Of a DNA stretch of 64,000 bases, positions 20,301-27,343 are shown piece by piece; position 1 is the stretch's first letter; the number at the start of each line of letters is the position of its first letter. Below the pieces are notes generated by a model. The model worked only from the letters and a program-made list of their open reading frames with translations. It was not told the origin of the DNA and ran no database searches. The stretch spans positions 1-64,000 of the IMG/VR virus record IMGVR_UViG_3300007609_001486; one strand, written 5' to 3'. This stretch comes from a virus. Position numbers and translations under genes: made by a program.

Positions 20301-22446
20301 GCCTGCGTCCTACAACTTGTTGTCAGAAAAAATAGAGCCTGTGGATGTGTTTGTAACCGAAGGCATTGCTGTGCACGACAGCGAATTGCTGGAAAAATAT
20401 CCTAGGAAGTATTGGTTGGATAATTTTGGCTATTCGATAACAGAAATATCTTTGATAGATGGAGGTAGCTTATATACTACCGCTCCTAGGGTAACCATAA
20501 CCGGCGGGTTTGGCAAAGGTGCAAAAGCCCAGGCGTTTATTGGATATGGCAGTGTTACAAAGATAATTGTAACCCATCCTGGCACCGGATACACAAAGCG
20601 CCCGACGGTGGAAATTCAACCTCCGCCTAATTCAGCTGGTACTACAGCAAGAGCAGTTGCGAATTTAGGAGATTCGCCTGTAAGATCAGTTAGCACAAGA
20701 TTGAAATTTGACAGAAATACTATTTCGAATCTTTATACAGCTGAGACTCTTGCAGAGACAGAAATATTCACGGGCACGGGTGCAGACACAGACTTCACTT
20801 TGAAATGGCCAATGGATTTAAAAACCACCAGTATCTCTGTAACCATTGACGGACAGGACATTTTCCAAAGCCAATTTGAAATTGAAAACACAATTGACAG
20901 TAGTAAATCCTATACCAGACAGCTTGGAAAAATCAGATTTGCTAATCCTCCTGCTAAAGATGCTGTGATTATAATAAATTATCACAAGAATATTTCTTTG
21001 CTTAATGCGGTTGACAGAATAAAATTTGCATATACTCCGGATACAGGAATGTTTGGTGCACCGAAACTAGACGAGAACAAGTACGATTATAGTCAGCTAA
21101 TGGAAGGCGTAGACTTTGGCGGAGTGGAAATCAAGAGCTTTGATTTTGTTACCAGTTCTGGTTGGGACACAGAAGGTTGGTTCAACGACATTTGGGACGA
21201 CGCTGAACCACCAGAAGACGAAGTTGTAACACTGGATGACTCCACAAATATTATCATATTAAACGAGCCTCTAGAAGACGGTGTAACATACAACATATAT
21301 CGTGTAAGTTATAAGGTTAACACAGACGGCATAGAAGAAATATACTCTAACGTAAGATTGGACGATCCAAACTTCGGCACGCCAGGCCAGACAAATTTAA
21401 ATGCTGTGTGTGCGCCTTTACAAGGAGACGGAAGTACCCAAGTGGTGGATTTGGATGACCTTGGAATTCGCGTAGATCCCCAGGCAGAAGAAGACAGGGT
21501 CACAATTGTTGTGAGAAAAACTACTAGCGATGGCGCTATGACTCCGGATAGAAACATTTATGATGCAGACATAGATGGTGGTAGGTTAGATTATGGTAAT
21601 GCAAAAGGTGTAAATGCGGAAGAAATTGTTATAGATGGCGACGGATTCGTCACCGAATTCAATGCCGGCGGCGTAGAAGAACTGGTTCCTGGACAGATAT
21701 TGGATACTTTAGATATGCAAGTCACAACCAAAGGAGATGACTCAAGCACCGTGGTTAAGTATAGAATATTCAAAGACATATTGAACAGAACCAGTTATAA
21801 GAGAATTGACACGGCCGCCACTGTATTGACAGAGGCCCTAGGACAAGATGATCTCAGCATTGTGGTTGAAAGCACAGAAAACTTGCCCACTCCAAATCGT
21901 AATCGTAATTTACCAGGCGTGATTTGGTTAGGAAAAGAAAGAATAGAATATTTTGTAAAAGAAGAAAACAAGCTGAGACAAATACGCAGGGGTACACTAG
22001 GGACCGGAGTTGCAAATGTCCATCCAGTAGGCACGGAAGTATATGACCAAAGTGCGCTGAAAAACATACCATATAGAGATCTAGAACAAACTCAAACTGC
22101 AACTAATGTAGACGAAGTTGTGCTTAATTTCCGTCCTGCATCAGCCTCAGAATTTGAGATGTTTGTTAACGGAATTCGTTTAAATGGGCGCGATGTTGCT
22201 GAGTTTGATCCTGCTAAAGATCAAGATTCCCCAGAAGGCGATGTAATTCGCGCGGCAGATTTTGAATTGGATTACTCCAGCGAAGATGGAGATGTCAAGG
22301 TAATAATAACGAATTCTGATATTTTGGAAATGTCCACAAAAAATATCGTTATCGTAAGAAAGGCAGGCAGCCTATGGCAAAACCGCGGAGAGTCACTGGC
22401 TGAAACAAATACAAATATAGGATTTTTCTTAAGATCTGGAAACTAA
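8368..22446 (+). CDS. Giant (4692 aa) virion structural protein, likely baseplate wedge/fibre (gp7 position)
   Basis: Uninterrupted 14-kb ORF right after gp6. Has DWDKFVNFREYYWLP, five W-x5-Y-x2-G/D-x2-V carbohydrate-binding-like modules, propeller-like FG...S.S.DG..LAIGAP repeats and (N/D/H)xGxxY repeats typical of large myophage structural proteins. Confidence 0.75.
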   Translation: MSSNEQNEFGSPTPGDNNRQSARFLPRFFRSEANLKFLQATVDQLTQPGVAEKLSGFFGRTIAKGFKSEDNYIGDVNKDRLDYQFEPALVIKDVFDNVTFYKDYNDYINTLKFFNVNTANHDKINQQESYPWNPNIDWDKFVNFREYYWLPDGPLSVPVQGQARDVTSTFTVTVEEADGDFAFVFNGKNTRNPSLRLFRGQKYRFEIDTPGHPFAVAVTRSFTPGNAVIVATREGIRQDGLFDSQLYGETYDIGDWLVLPQSGSVTFEDDENVSTLYPDGIRYISEAGNEIANVYIEKGILEFTVPFNSPDRLYYISQNSIDTSGLFKIYDIEENSFLDVEEDIIGKKYYTSSNGVEFTNGLKVSFRGNTQPEEYSSGEYYVEGVGNSIKLIPKENLTITTSFNNDVLQPFDEQAFDELPFGSAKSYPIKKDYLTVSRESADLNAWSRSNRWFHRTVIEDSFRYNEIPIDLKDSQKAKRPIIEFEPGLKLYNYGTFAKQFVDVVDTFTKDVFSTIEGSVGYNIDGVDLIEGMRVLFTADTDVLVNGAIYEVKYVNIDNANRITLIPTLDTLPQLFENVLVQQGKTYAGKIFFYNGSTWKLAQDKTDVNQAPLFDLCCPQGEFYGDTEIFNSTSFKGCKVFSYKQGSGAVDPELGFPLSYRNINNTGDIVFDFNLLTDSFNLQINEELVTVKTDTAFLRKYSDRTNFVYQNGWSSVPVISKQKVLRQYTVSPSQRSVFEIDVYENAAILEDLEVSVFVNNEIRTDYSIDVSGDRVVVRFTNLLELDDVVLLKTHSSAAKNNTGLYEIPSNLEKNPLNEDIVDFTLGEVIDHVGSMIEDIPDFAGTFPGNSNIRDLGNLDIYGKRFLKHSGPWNLPAFSITSKEFNIVRAIEYGKTEYSKFKRNFIKIATDLGFTGETKQHVDKILTELNLEKVSTQPFYFSDMVGYKSGNSIQYEVIDEENPFYNLTELFALDNLNNQAVNIYLNGAQLLFDRDYYFTAEGFAYIDAGQKLGDTIEIVEYSSTDGSYIPPTPTKLGLYPRFEPEITIDEQWLDSTADNVDARIAHAIYGENLNNHLQRGWFYPVYLDRKTAMQNDANETVVVLRLKGSSKVFYAPANKFVAGSLTPTEEYKEYPIGHAFVTGHDGSFTKCYKDYRDILWLELEKRIYNNIKIDYAKTQINIHDYVGGRFRDTGLTDSDIDRILIKDFTAWNRIVKADYTENKFFQNQNQFTFNYSQTSSVVDDRNLPGFWRAVYKDAFDTDRPHTHPWEMLGFTRKPIWWETQYGAPPYTSNNTILWRDLEDGVIRKPDSTPVLDSKYTRPGLRDFLPVDSQGQLKPPVSANYAKNIIVRNLDDSFKFGDNAPVESAWRRSSEYAFSLIKAILLNRPSDFLGKGFDVARIQRNLAGQFVYTETGKNTQLTNLVFPNTYSDNFRIPTSGLVNYIYNLIGSNVLSVYDDYKNNIKAIRNQLGFKLGGFTDKQKINLILQSKSPSEENSQGLFVPQDNFEIFLNTSSPIDNVNYSGVIIELRADGFIVQGYDSETPIFKYYKTISTQGDPTVVVGAEAEDVVQWTPNRVYVKGQIVENAFAYYRVTQDFTSGSSFDLENLAKLSELPVTGGQRAQFRNGFDKNFILELTYGSKLADVQSVVDFILGYGEYLKDQGFIFDYFDTDFQKVEDWKTAAKEFLFWSAQGWSEGTVISVSPAAYKLMLKRDFSVADDIFDRFYEYSLLSENGNPLPREFGTILREKNSFSLSVDNTDNGIYNLTVPLVQKEHVVLLDNKTVFSDILYQPYSGYRQERIKVLGFRSDNWNGSLNIPGFVFDDAKVTEWEPWQDYEIGSLVKHKEFFYVAIETAYGSAEFNFNFWNRLSNQPEPQLMTNFDFRANQFTDYYDVDSIGFDRDQQRLAQHLIGYQKRDYLANIINDDVSQFKFYQGFIKDKGTRNAIDKLFDALGGNESGLDFYEEWAVQSGIYGQSDKIRQLGIPLKEDKILESPQGIELVDYIPNDIFDTTYRVRPDDLITRPEDFSINCFPTKQLDEYILTGGYVHEDDIDYKIESVLELQNVDVNLMNIGEYIWVTDVSPNDWNVFRIINSNITVNSLTVNPEQNTLGETTATIEFASTELPDIRENDVIAILGAQLYDVTGFYQITEAVSGNILVIEIPEDNSFQDFVDEEFECVVLKSERVDSFANFNDVAQESRLDDQKVWVDSFRSDLEWAMLQNTKVYSKITEQINPNDIEDSSAAQDVSNRFGTDIASSNDNRFVFVSAPGFADGEVYFYRRNQDTDELVLNDSINNPGFNLYQLEQSNFGQSISVSDDGEYLAIGAPAASEVKTKYKKDWLSTREYAKGDIVRHKGSLWRAQRTILPEVGDKKYKTFDSHYLMEDRKNDSAVLQTLITGSPLLPGRQVNHLLVRAPADLYLASTPGDWLKLAWNEFTYFNGQIDTARYPFDNTIQQIGFDGQNNFLDGFHQIKEKVDKIFFLPQFDILLQVGDTVQTNSGFAIVCYVDFRLGDMTIYLKDIRGNFDATGTLERFNFRDASVEIIGEYQEIDYGFVEDFNGFWAIALDSSDEGIAFNDNNTNYFTDDVYFDEGKGLVIADLIKESVYPAQKNRNTYLNITDEIKRLGTVTTTNLKASMLHNLGEYWVARMSTSVTAELSQRDTVGFYLNDEISTPYFDRVAEIGLEFSQLNKIDHVIEDIWDGYIDVTVNAEDPNTRELLLFAEGDIVRDKQRPFNIFQQPADIPLDLGNEAEVVFVKNNIGGRFDRQRIYIRILNGNWNLQNNIAVTNISRERQENGNLVERIMGDIVDYRNDVVVPNSNAGIGKFLVVTSETVSGVDFEIQDAEYHINSFSELDAPAIPPSVPSSLNRDYEQVFNISANTAGIAGEQNTGAVVILRKSGPNAYSLSKVITSEKNFDIENAEFGKQVRLVQNGINYSLYVSSNANNSESGFVEIFEHGPVADSNFKGTWNPDLPYVKDDVVLHLGNYYLAKININTQTQTSIFNTNFWTEISWRRSTDIDFRGQWTPGEEYIKDSVVQYENELYVALTNISSANSQQNPQLDSDRWLRNSESIVIDGSITDSSVDEFAEEFAINNSGDVLVIKSKTLSPDPVTQFSIYRKALSGNYVKQDATINIQSSDVNFDLDYEGNTLALGIPDNNDAGQNVGKLIIYNLSDQSQTVIYPPAIENLRSFGYMVAFNQTSLIVGAIDLVSDQGKALVYEVLRNQFIYSEIIAFDRPVDSTSQKLHGRNNHIYVGVPNSENNLFTGSFVDFRKDQNSLGWTVARELIPSVDLEKINGVFLYNKRTEQKITSLDYIDPVQGKIAGPAEQNISYKVPYDPAQYNVGDTANDVNWAEEHVGKIWWNTGNARFTYAYQGDINYQRSNWNELQPGATVDVYEWVESNLLPSSWDSITNTAQGDVLGITGVTLYGNDRYSKRFTYDRESQTFREVYYYWVKNKRTVPNIEGRTLSALDIARLIAQPREQGYRHVNFLSDNRLVLNNCKPLIENEDVVLNIDYVLDKLDDQNTHSAYQIITDGLASSVPHTDIEQKWFDSLIGVDKNQKSVPDISLPENQKYGVQTRPRQSMFRNRPEALKQVITRTNIALESNLIVDDRDISDLLQADEIPNQASGLYDLSVDTKDEMLLLGVKFTQAELKPVIINGRIIRVEIINRGRGYKLPPSYVVQGTGSEAAIDLDINNLGQITAARVTNPGKNYDGNTKITVRPFAVLVNTDEDAQGRWSIYNYQSDNDSWFRTRIQTFDVSRYWEYADWYDQGFNQLSEIDHYVDAQYQLNALEDNIGDTIKIANVGSGGWLLLRKINNTDQNSAVDYEVVGRQNGTIQFKASLYDYNLGGPGFDNRSFGELFYDDTPTTELRIILETIRDKLFTGNLRTEYNQLFIASLRYVLNEQKNPDWFFKTSFVKLAHSAGTLDQDLTYNFDNLQSYVDYVNEVKPFSTVVREFVSHYTKNEDSNTSVSDFDLPASYNLLSEKIEPVDVFVTEGIAVHDSELLEKYPRKYWLDNFGYSITEISLIDGGSLYTTAPRVTITGGFGKGAKAQAFIGYGSVTKIIVTHPGTGYTKRPTVEIQPPPNSAGTTARAVANLGDSPVRSVSTRLKFDRNTISNLYTAETLAETEIFTGTGADTDFTLKWPMDLKTTSISVTIDGQDIFQSQFEIENTIDSSKSYTRQLGKIRFANPPAKDAVIIINYHKNISLLNAVDRIKFAYTPDTGMFGAPKLDENKYDYSQLMEGVDFGGVEIKSFDFVTSSGWDTEGWFNDIWDDAEPPEDEVVTLDDSTNIIILNEPLEDGVTYNIYRVSYKVNTDGIEEIYSNVRLDDPNFGTPGQTNLNAVCAPLQGDGSTQVVDLDDLGIRVDPQAEEDRVTIVVRKTTSDGAMTPDRNIYDADIDGGRLDYGNAKGVNAEEIVIDGDGFVTEFNAGGVEELVPGQILDTLDMQVTTKGDDSSTVVKYRIFKDILNRTSYKRIDTAATVLTEALGQDDLSIVVESTENLPTPNRNRNLPGVIWLGKERIEYFVKEENKLRQIRRGTLGTGVANVHPVGTEVYDQSALKNIPYRDLEQTQTATNVDEVVLNFRPASASEFEMFVNGIRLNGRDVAEFDPAKDQDSPEGDVIRAADFELDYSSEDGDVKVIITNSDILEMSTKNIVIVRKAGSLWQNRGESLAETNTNIGFFLRSGN

Positions 22447-22452
22447 TAAATA
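22446..22452 (+). promoter_or_regulatory. T4-late-type promoter box ATAAATA
   Basis: Starts at the last base of the giant gene's stop codon; followed by AGGA SD and ATG 22472. Confidence 0.6.
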
Positions 22453-22471
22453 CACGTATAGGAAAACACAA

Positions 22472-23086
22472 ATGAACAGTCTAAAAGATTTAAATGGAAT
22501 TTCAGTGCAAGGTCATATAAAAATCTATGATCCGCAGAGCCAAGAAATTTACATCGAAAAAAGAAATGCAATCCATTACGAAAATATGAGTGTGGCCTTG
22601 GCAGAAAGTATTGCTAATCTAGGTCAAGGATTTATCTACGAAATCAGTTTCGGAAATGGAGGAACCAGTGTTGACCCAACCGGAATAATAGCATACTTGA
22701 CTCCTAACAGCACCGGAACCAACGCAGATTTATACAATCAGACATATTCCAAAGTGGTAGTAGATGACGGTACGCTGAACACAAATCCTGCACAGAACTT
22801 TATTGAAACAAGACATGTAAGCGGAACGAATTACACAGATGTTTTGGTAAGCGTGTTGCTAGACTACGATGAACCAGAAGGCCAAGAAGCCTTTGATAAT
22901 GCCACTGATATGGAGAGTAATTTTGTGTTCGACGAACTCGGACTGAGAAGCAGATCCGCCGACCCTAATGGCACCGGTAGGCTTATCACCCATGTGATTT
23001 TTCATCCCGTGCAAAAAAGTCTCAACAGACAAATTCAAATCGATTACACTGTGCGAATTCAAAGTCTGAGCGGAGGTAATCTATAA
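22472..23086 (+). CDS. Conserved virion/baseplate protein
   Basis: 204 aa in the structural operon. The FDELGL...LITHVIFHPVQKSLNR.I.IDYTVRI C-terminus resembles phage tail-fibre-attachment/baseplate domains. Confidence 0.6.
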   Translation: MNSLKDLNGISVQGHIKIYDPQSQEIYIEKRNAIHYENMSVALAESIANLGQGFIYEISFGNGGTSVDPTGIIAYLTPNSTGTNADLYNQTYSKVVVDDGTLNTNPAQNFIETRHVSGTNYTDVLVSVLLDYDEPEGQEAFDNATDMESNFVFDELGLRSRSADPNGTGRLITHVIFHPVQKSLNRQIQIDYTVRIQSLSGGNL

Positions 23087-25437
23087 TGCCCTACAGTATT
23101 AGATTCACAGATTTTCAAAACAAAGGCGAAATAGTAGTAGAAGATAGCACGTTAAACACAGACACAAGCCTAAGCATTCCTGGCAAAGGTGCCACAGGAT
23201 ATGGAAAATCTGTGGCAGAGAATTTCCTACATCTTCTAGAAAATTTCGCAGGGTCTAATGAACCTACTAATCCGATAGAAGGTCAACTATGGTACGACAC
23301 TAGCAATGGTGTCGACCAACTTAAAATTTATGATGCTACCCAATGGAGAACTGCTAGCGGATTTACCAAAAGTGGAAGCCAACCTGCCGCGTCACAGAGC
23401 GAAGCAGGAGATCTATGGGTAGATGTTAACAACCAACAATTATTTGTTTACACCGGAAACAGTTGGCAACTTATTGGACCAGAATTTGGTTCGGGTTTGC
23501 TTACTGGAGGCCAGGCAGAAAAAGTCATTGACATTGACAATATTGAAAGACAGGTATTCACTGTAAAGATTGACGATGTACCTTTTCTAATCTTAAGTGG
23601 CATTGAGTTCACTCCAAAAGCCAAAATTCCAGGATTTACAACTATCAAACAGGGGTTCAACCTAAAGAATGACAATCCACTGGTCGCAAATAATCCCATT
23701 AAATTTGTCGGTGTAGCAGAATCTGCTAAATCTTTGACCGTAGAAACAGATTCAGGGTCACAGAATGTGCAGTCTGAAAACTTTATTAGAAAAGACGCCC
23801 CTGGGATAATAGATGAGACGCTGAAAATTAAGAACAATGCAGGTATTAATGTAGGAGTTGATGATCAATTTGGTCTAGTAATTAACCAGAACAGTGTTGA
23901 GTTGCGCAATAATGTAAACGTAAGTTCTGTAGACGTCATCCTCAGGGATAGAAATGCATTTAATAACATTCTCAGGGTCAAAAGTGATAAAAGAGTGGGC
24001 ATTAATAATTTGGCGCCTGAAGCTGAGTTGGATGTGGTGGGTAACATCAAAGTATCTCCATTTTCTGACAATGTTGACAGCGGAAAAATTCTAATCACAA
24101 ACAAGACAGACAGCACTGCATTTGACAGCGGTTCATTTGTCACACAAGGCGGCGCTGGCGTTGCGATGAATTTGAATGTAGGCGCCGATCTAGGAGTGAA
24201 CGGGGTGAGCACATTCAACAACGATCTTAAACCGTTACCTGGTAGCCGTCCTAACATAGGCGAGCAGTCTAACATCTTTGGAAATGTATATGCGGACAGT
24301 TTTGTAGGAAATCTGCAAGGAGATGTAACTGGCAGACTGAGTGGTATATCTGAGTTCGCAAACCAGCTTACTAATGCTACAACCTTCAACGTTAATGGTG
24401 ATGTGGAAAGTGACAGTTTTGATTTTGACGGCGCAACCGGCGGCAACACCAAGACATTTAATATTTCTATCAAAAACAGTTTTATTGCAAACAAAACACA
24501 GATAAGCAGTGTGGATAATTCAGACGAATTAATCGTAAACAAGGTCACTGGTAACACAGGTGTGTTTAAAGTAAGCAAGATTGATTTCTTAAAAAGTGTG
24601 CCGGTTACTCCGATAGGAACTCTAGTACCTTACGCAGGACAAACTGCGCCCACAGGTTGGTTGTTATGTGACGGTTCTGTGGTTCTTAAGAGCGATTACA
24701 ACGATTTATGGCAAACTATCGGCCACAGTTTTAGAGATCCTACCCTGCTCGAAGACGGCGGCGCACTCAGTTTTGCGTTACCTGACATGCGAGGCCGTTT
24801 CCCATTAGGTGTAGACAACATGGGCGGCCAAGCGGCAAACAGAGTAACTAGTTCAATCCAGAGTTTTACAAATGTGCGTGGCGAAAACACGATTGGAACG
24901 GGCTTCAATGCTGTGTTTAATGTGCAGTCCAGCGTGGGTGTATATAGTGTACAAATTGCACAGGCAGGACAAAACTATCAAGTAGGTGACAGAATTTTAA
25001 TCACAGGTGACATATTCGGTGGTGCTAGTCCTACCCACGATCTTGCAATTACAGTTACTAATGTTACTAATGGTGCAATTACGAATTTTACATTCGATGG
25101 TACAGCGTTCCAAGGCGCTGGGCCAGATCAAGTAGGATCTAATGCTGGACTTCAAAGCAGAGCAATTGAAGTAAGGAATCTGCCAGAGCACGAGCACGAC
25201 TTACAAGGCGATCAAAGCCAATTCTATGCAGTTTCACAAAGACCGCAAGATCCCGATAATCCGGGACAATTGCAAACAGATAACGATGCTATTCCTATTG
25301 CGCTTGAGCCAGGCGCTACAGGATTCCAAGGTGTTCCTAACACAGGGGGCGTAGACGCATCTACTACGCTGGGAGTGCCACTTAATGTAATGAATCCGTA
25401 TTTGGCTTTGAATTATCTAATTTATGCAGGGACCTAA
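23086..25437 (+). CDS. Tail fibre protein with phage tail-collar domain
   Basis: Tail-collar motif PIGTLVPYAGQTAPTGWLLCDG...LWQTIG...FALPDMRGRFPLG, then NLPEHEH and a NVMNPYLALNYLI terminus. N-terminus shared with the next two genes. Confidence 0.85.
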   Translation: MPYSIRFTDFQNKGEIVVEDSTLNTDTSLSIPGKGATGYGKSVAENFLHLLENFAGSNEPTNPIEGQLWYDTSNGVDQLKIYDATQWRTASGFTKSGSQPAASQSEAGDLWVDVNNQQLFVYTGNSWQLIGPEFGSGLLTGGQAEKVIDIDNIERQVFTVKIDDVPFLILSGIEFTPKAKIPGFTTIKQGFNLKNDNPLVANNPIKFVGVAESAKSLTVETDSGSQNVQSENFIRKDAPGIIDETLKIKNNAGINVGVDDQFGLVINQNSVELRNNVNVSSVDVILRDRNAFNNILRVKSDKRVGINNLAPEAELDVVGNIKVSPFSDNVDSGKILITNKTDSTAFDSGSFVTQGGAGVAMNLNVGADLGVNGVSTFNNDLKPLPGSRPNIGEQSNIFGNVYADSFVGNLQGDVTGRLSGISEFANQLTNATTFNVNGDVESDSFDFDGATGGNTKTFNISIKNSFIANKTQISSVDNSDELIVNKVTGNTGVFKVSKIDFLKSVPVTPIGTLVPYAGQTAPTGWLLCDGSVVLKSDYNDLWQTIGHSFRDPTLLEDGGALSFALPDMRGRFPLGVDNMGGQAANRVTSSIQSFTNVRGENTIGTGFNAVFNVQSSVGVYSVQIAQAGQNYQVGDRILITGDIFGGASPTHDLAITVTNVTNGAITNFTFDGTAFQGAGPDQVGSNAGLQSRAIEVRNLPEHEHDLQGDQSQFYAVSQRPQDPDNPGQLQTDNDAIPIALEPGATGFQGVPNTGGVDASTTLGVPLNVMNPYLALNYLIYAGT

Positions 25438-25439
25438 AC

Positions 25440-27308
25440 ATGAGTTATCAACTTAATAAGACAGACGGCACAATATTAGTTGAATTAGTAGATGGAAGAT
25501 TAGATACTAGTTCAACAAATTTAACTTTAGTAGGAAGGGGGTATCGTGGATACGGTGAAGTCTTCAATGAAAACTTCATAAAACTTCTAGAAAATTTTGC
25601 AAACACTTCTGCACCAAGTAATCCTCTTAGGGGACAAATATGGTGGGATACTGCAAACGATAAACTAAACATTTGGACAGGAGATCAATGGCGGGCGAAT
25701 GCAGAGCCTTACGTGCAGGCCACACAGCCACTAGACTTGTTGCCGGGGGAATTTTGGTATAACAGCAGAGATAACCAATTGTTCTTCACAAATAATTCTA
25801 GTGATCCTGTATTGATAGGTCCTTCATTTACATCCAGTCAGGGAAAAAGCGGTCTTTTTGTTGAAAATATATTAAGTGCTGAAAATCAAACTTTCGCTAT
25901 TGTTAAATTATTTATTGCTAATTTAGCAGTTGGAGTTTTCAGCAACAGTGAATTTACTCCTGCTATTGAAAATAGAATCGAGGAATTAGTATCGGCCGAT
26001 AACCCCTTGGGAATTATTTTCAAAGGTTTTAATGCGTTTGACAAGGCACAATTCAAATACATAGGCACCGCCGAAAATGCTACAAAGCTTGAAGCACCTG
26101 ACGGAAGTTTGATTTCTGCAGATCAATTCTTGAGAGCGGATCAAAATTCTCTCATGCGCGGATCTTTGGAAATTAGAAACCAAAATGGATTGGTGTTCTC
26201 AACCGCAGGCGCAAGATATGTAAACATGCGACCTCAAGGGGAAAACTTTTTCATAGAAAATCAGCTAGCAAATTCCGACATTGCGTTAAGAGTGCGATCA
26301 CAAAAATTTCAAGGTAGTATTGTAAATGCTTTGTATGTGGATGCTAGCGAAGGCAGGATTGGAATTTTCAACAGAAGCCGCTTACCGGCATACACATTGG
26401 ATGTAGAAGGGGATATCAGAGTTACAGGCGACTTGTTAGTAGAAGGGACCAATTTAATAACCCAGACAGAAACAGTGCAGATTGAGGACAAAAATCTAGA
26501 GATTGGCCTTGTCTCAAGTCCGACAGATACTACAGCAGCCGATGGCGGCATCATTCTTAAAGGCACAACGGATAAAACAATCCTGTGGAAGCAAGATACC
26601 GGATCTTGGACGTTCAGTGAAAGCATTAATATTGATGATGCAGGAAATAGCTTATCAATAAATGGGAGCGAAAAGCTTTCTAACAACGCACTCACAAACA
26701 TAGAATTTGCCACAGATTTAAAAGAAATTGGCACTTTGGAATTCTTGAATGTGGATAATATTGGCATTGATGGAAATGATATCAGCAGCAGTTCTAATTT
26801 GCAATTAACAGCTGCGGATGATATTATCCTTACCACTACAGGACCAATGCAGTTTGCATCACCCAGACAGATCAAAAACGTTGCAACTCCAACAGGAGTA
26901 AATGATGTAACTAACAAAGCATATGTAGATTCTGAGATTGAATTGAGTCCAATAGTGATGACCTGGGATGTTACAGGATTAGATACAATACCCACATTCC
27001 TACTGGATTTGGCCGAATTTATAGACGACTTATATCCAGCGAACACAGCAAATGTGGGCAAGGTAGCTAGGTTACATACTTACAGCTACTCAGCAGTATC
27101 CTATACAGTGCCAAGCACCATTGCAAATGTGTTAGTAGATGCTAACGGCACATTGAATCAACAGGTAGTAGAAGCAATAGCATTTCAAAATATTCCATTT
27201 GGTAACCCCAATAGGAAGCTAGAAGAATTTGAAGTACAGTTGGTTGATCCAGGCACAGGAACACCTGTTCCTACATGGGTTCATCAGTCTACATTGCGAG
27301 ATTATTAA
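25440..27308 (+). CDS. Tail fibre / baseplate-attached fibre protein (paralogous N-terminus)
   Basis: N-terminus GYGE..NENF..LLENFA...P..P..GQ.WWDT. Contains IGI....P.YTLDV.G and NVATPT..NDVTNKAYVD fibre repeats. Confidence 0.75.
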   Translation: MSYQLNKTDGTILVELVDGRLDTSSTNLTLVGRGYRGYGEVFNENFIKLLENFANTSAPSNPLRGQIWWDTANDKLNIWTGDQWRANAEPYVQATQPLDLLPGEFWYNSRDNQLFFTNNSSDPVLIGPSFTSSQGKSGLFVENILSAENQTFAIVKLFIANLAVGVFSNSEFTPAIENRIEELVSADNPLGIIFKGFNAFDKAQFKYIGTAENATKLEAPDGSLISADQFLRADQNSLMRGSLEIRNQNGLVFSTAGARYVNMRPQGENFFIENQLANSDIALRVRSQKFQGSIVNALYVDASEGRIGIFNRSRLPAYTLDVEGDIRVTGDLLVEGTNLITQTETVQIEDKNLEIGLVSSPTDTTAADGGIILKGTTDKTILWKQDTGSWTFSESINIDDAGNSLSINGSEKLSNNALTNIEFATDLKEIGTLEFLNVDNIGIDGNDISSSSNLQLTAADDIILTTTGPMQFASPRQIKNVATPTGVNDVTNKAYVDSEIELSPIVMTWDVTGLDTIPTFLLDLAEFIDDLYPANTANVGKVARLHTYSYSAVSYTVPSTIANVLVDANGTLNQQVVEAIAFQNIPFGNPNRKLEEFEVQLVDPGTGTPVPTWVHQSTLRDY

Positions 27309-27309
27309 G

Positions 27310-27316
27310 ATAAATA
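27310..27316 (+). promoter_or_regulatory. T4-late-type promoter box ATAAATA
   Basis: Intergenic, followed by AGGGG SD-like sequence and ATG 27344. Confidence 0.6.
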
Positions 27317-27343
27317 TACTTTATAACAGGGGTTAAAAAAACA

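Noticed and set aside
8368-22446. Intein or intron explaining the size of the 4692-aa ORF
   Set aside because: No recognisable intein splice motifs or LAGLIDADG/HNH motifs were seen; the length is explained by repeated structural modules.
23448-27061. Long antisense ORFs (23865..24578, 237 aa; 26309..27061, 250 aa; and others)
   Set aside because: They lie wholly opposite well-supported fibre genes, have no motifs, and are the expected shadows of biased codon usage. The same applies to the other short nested ORFs in the track.
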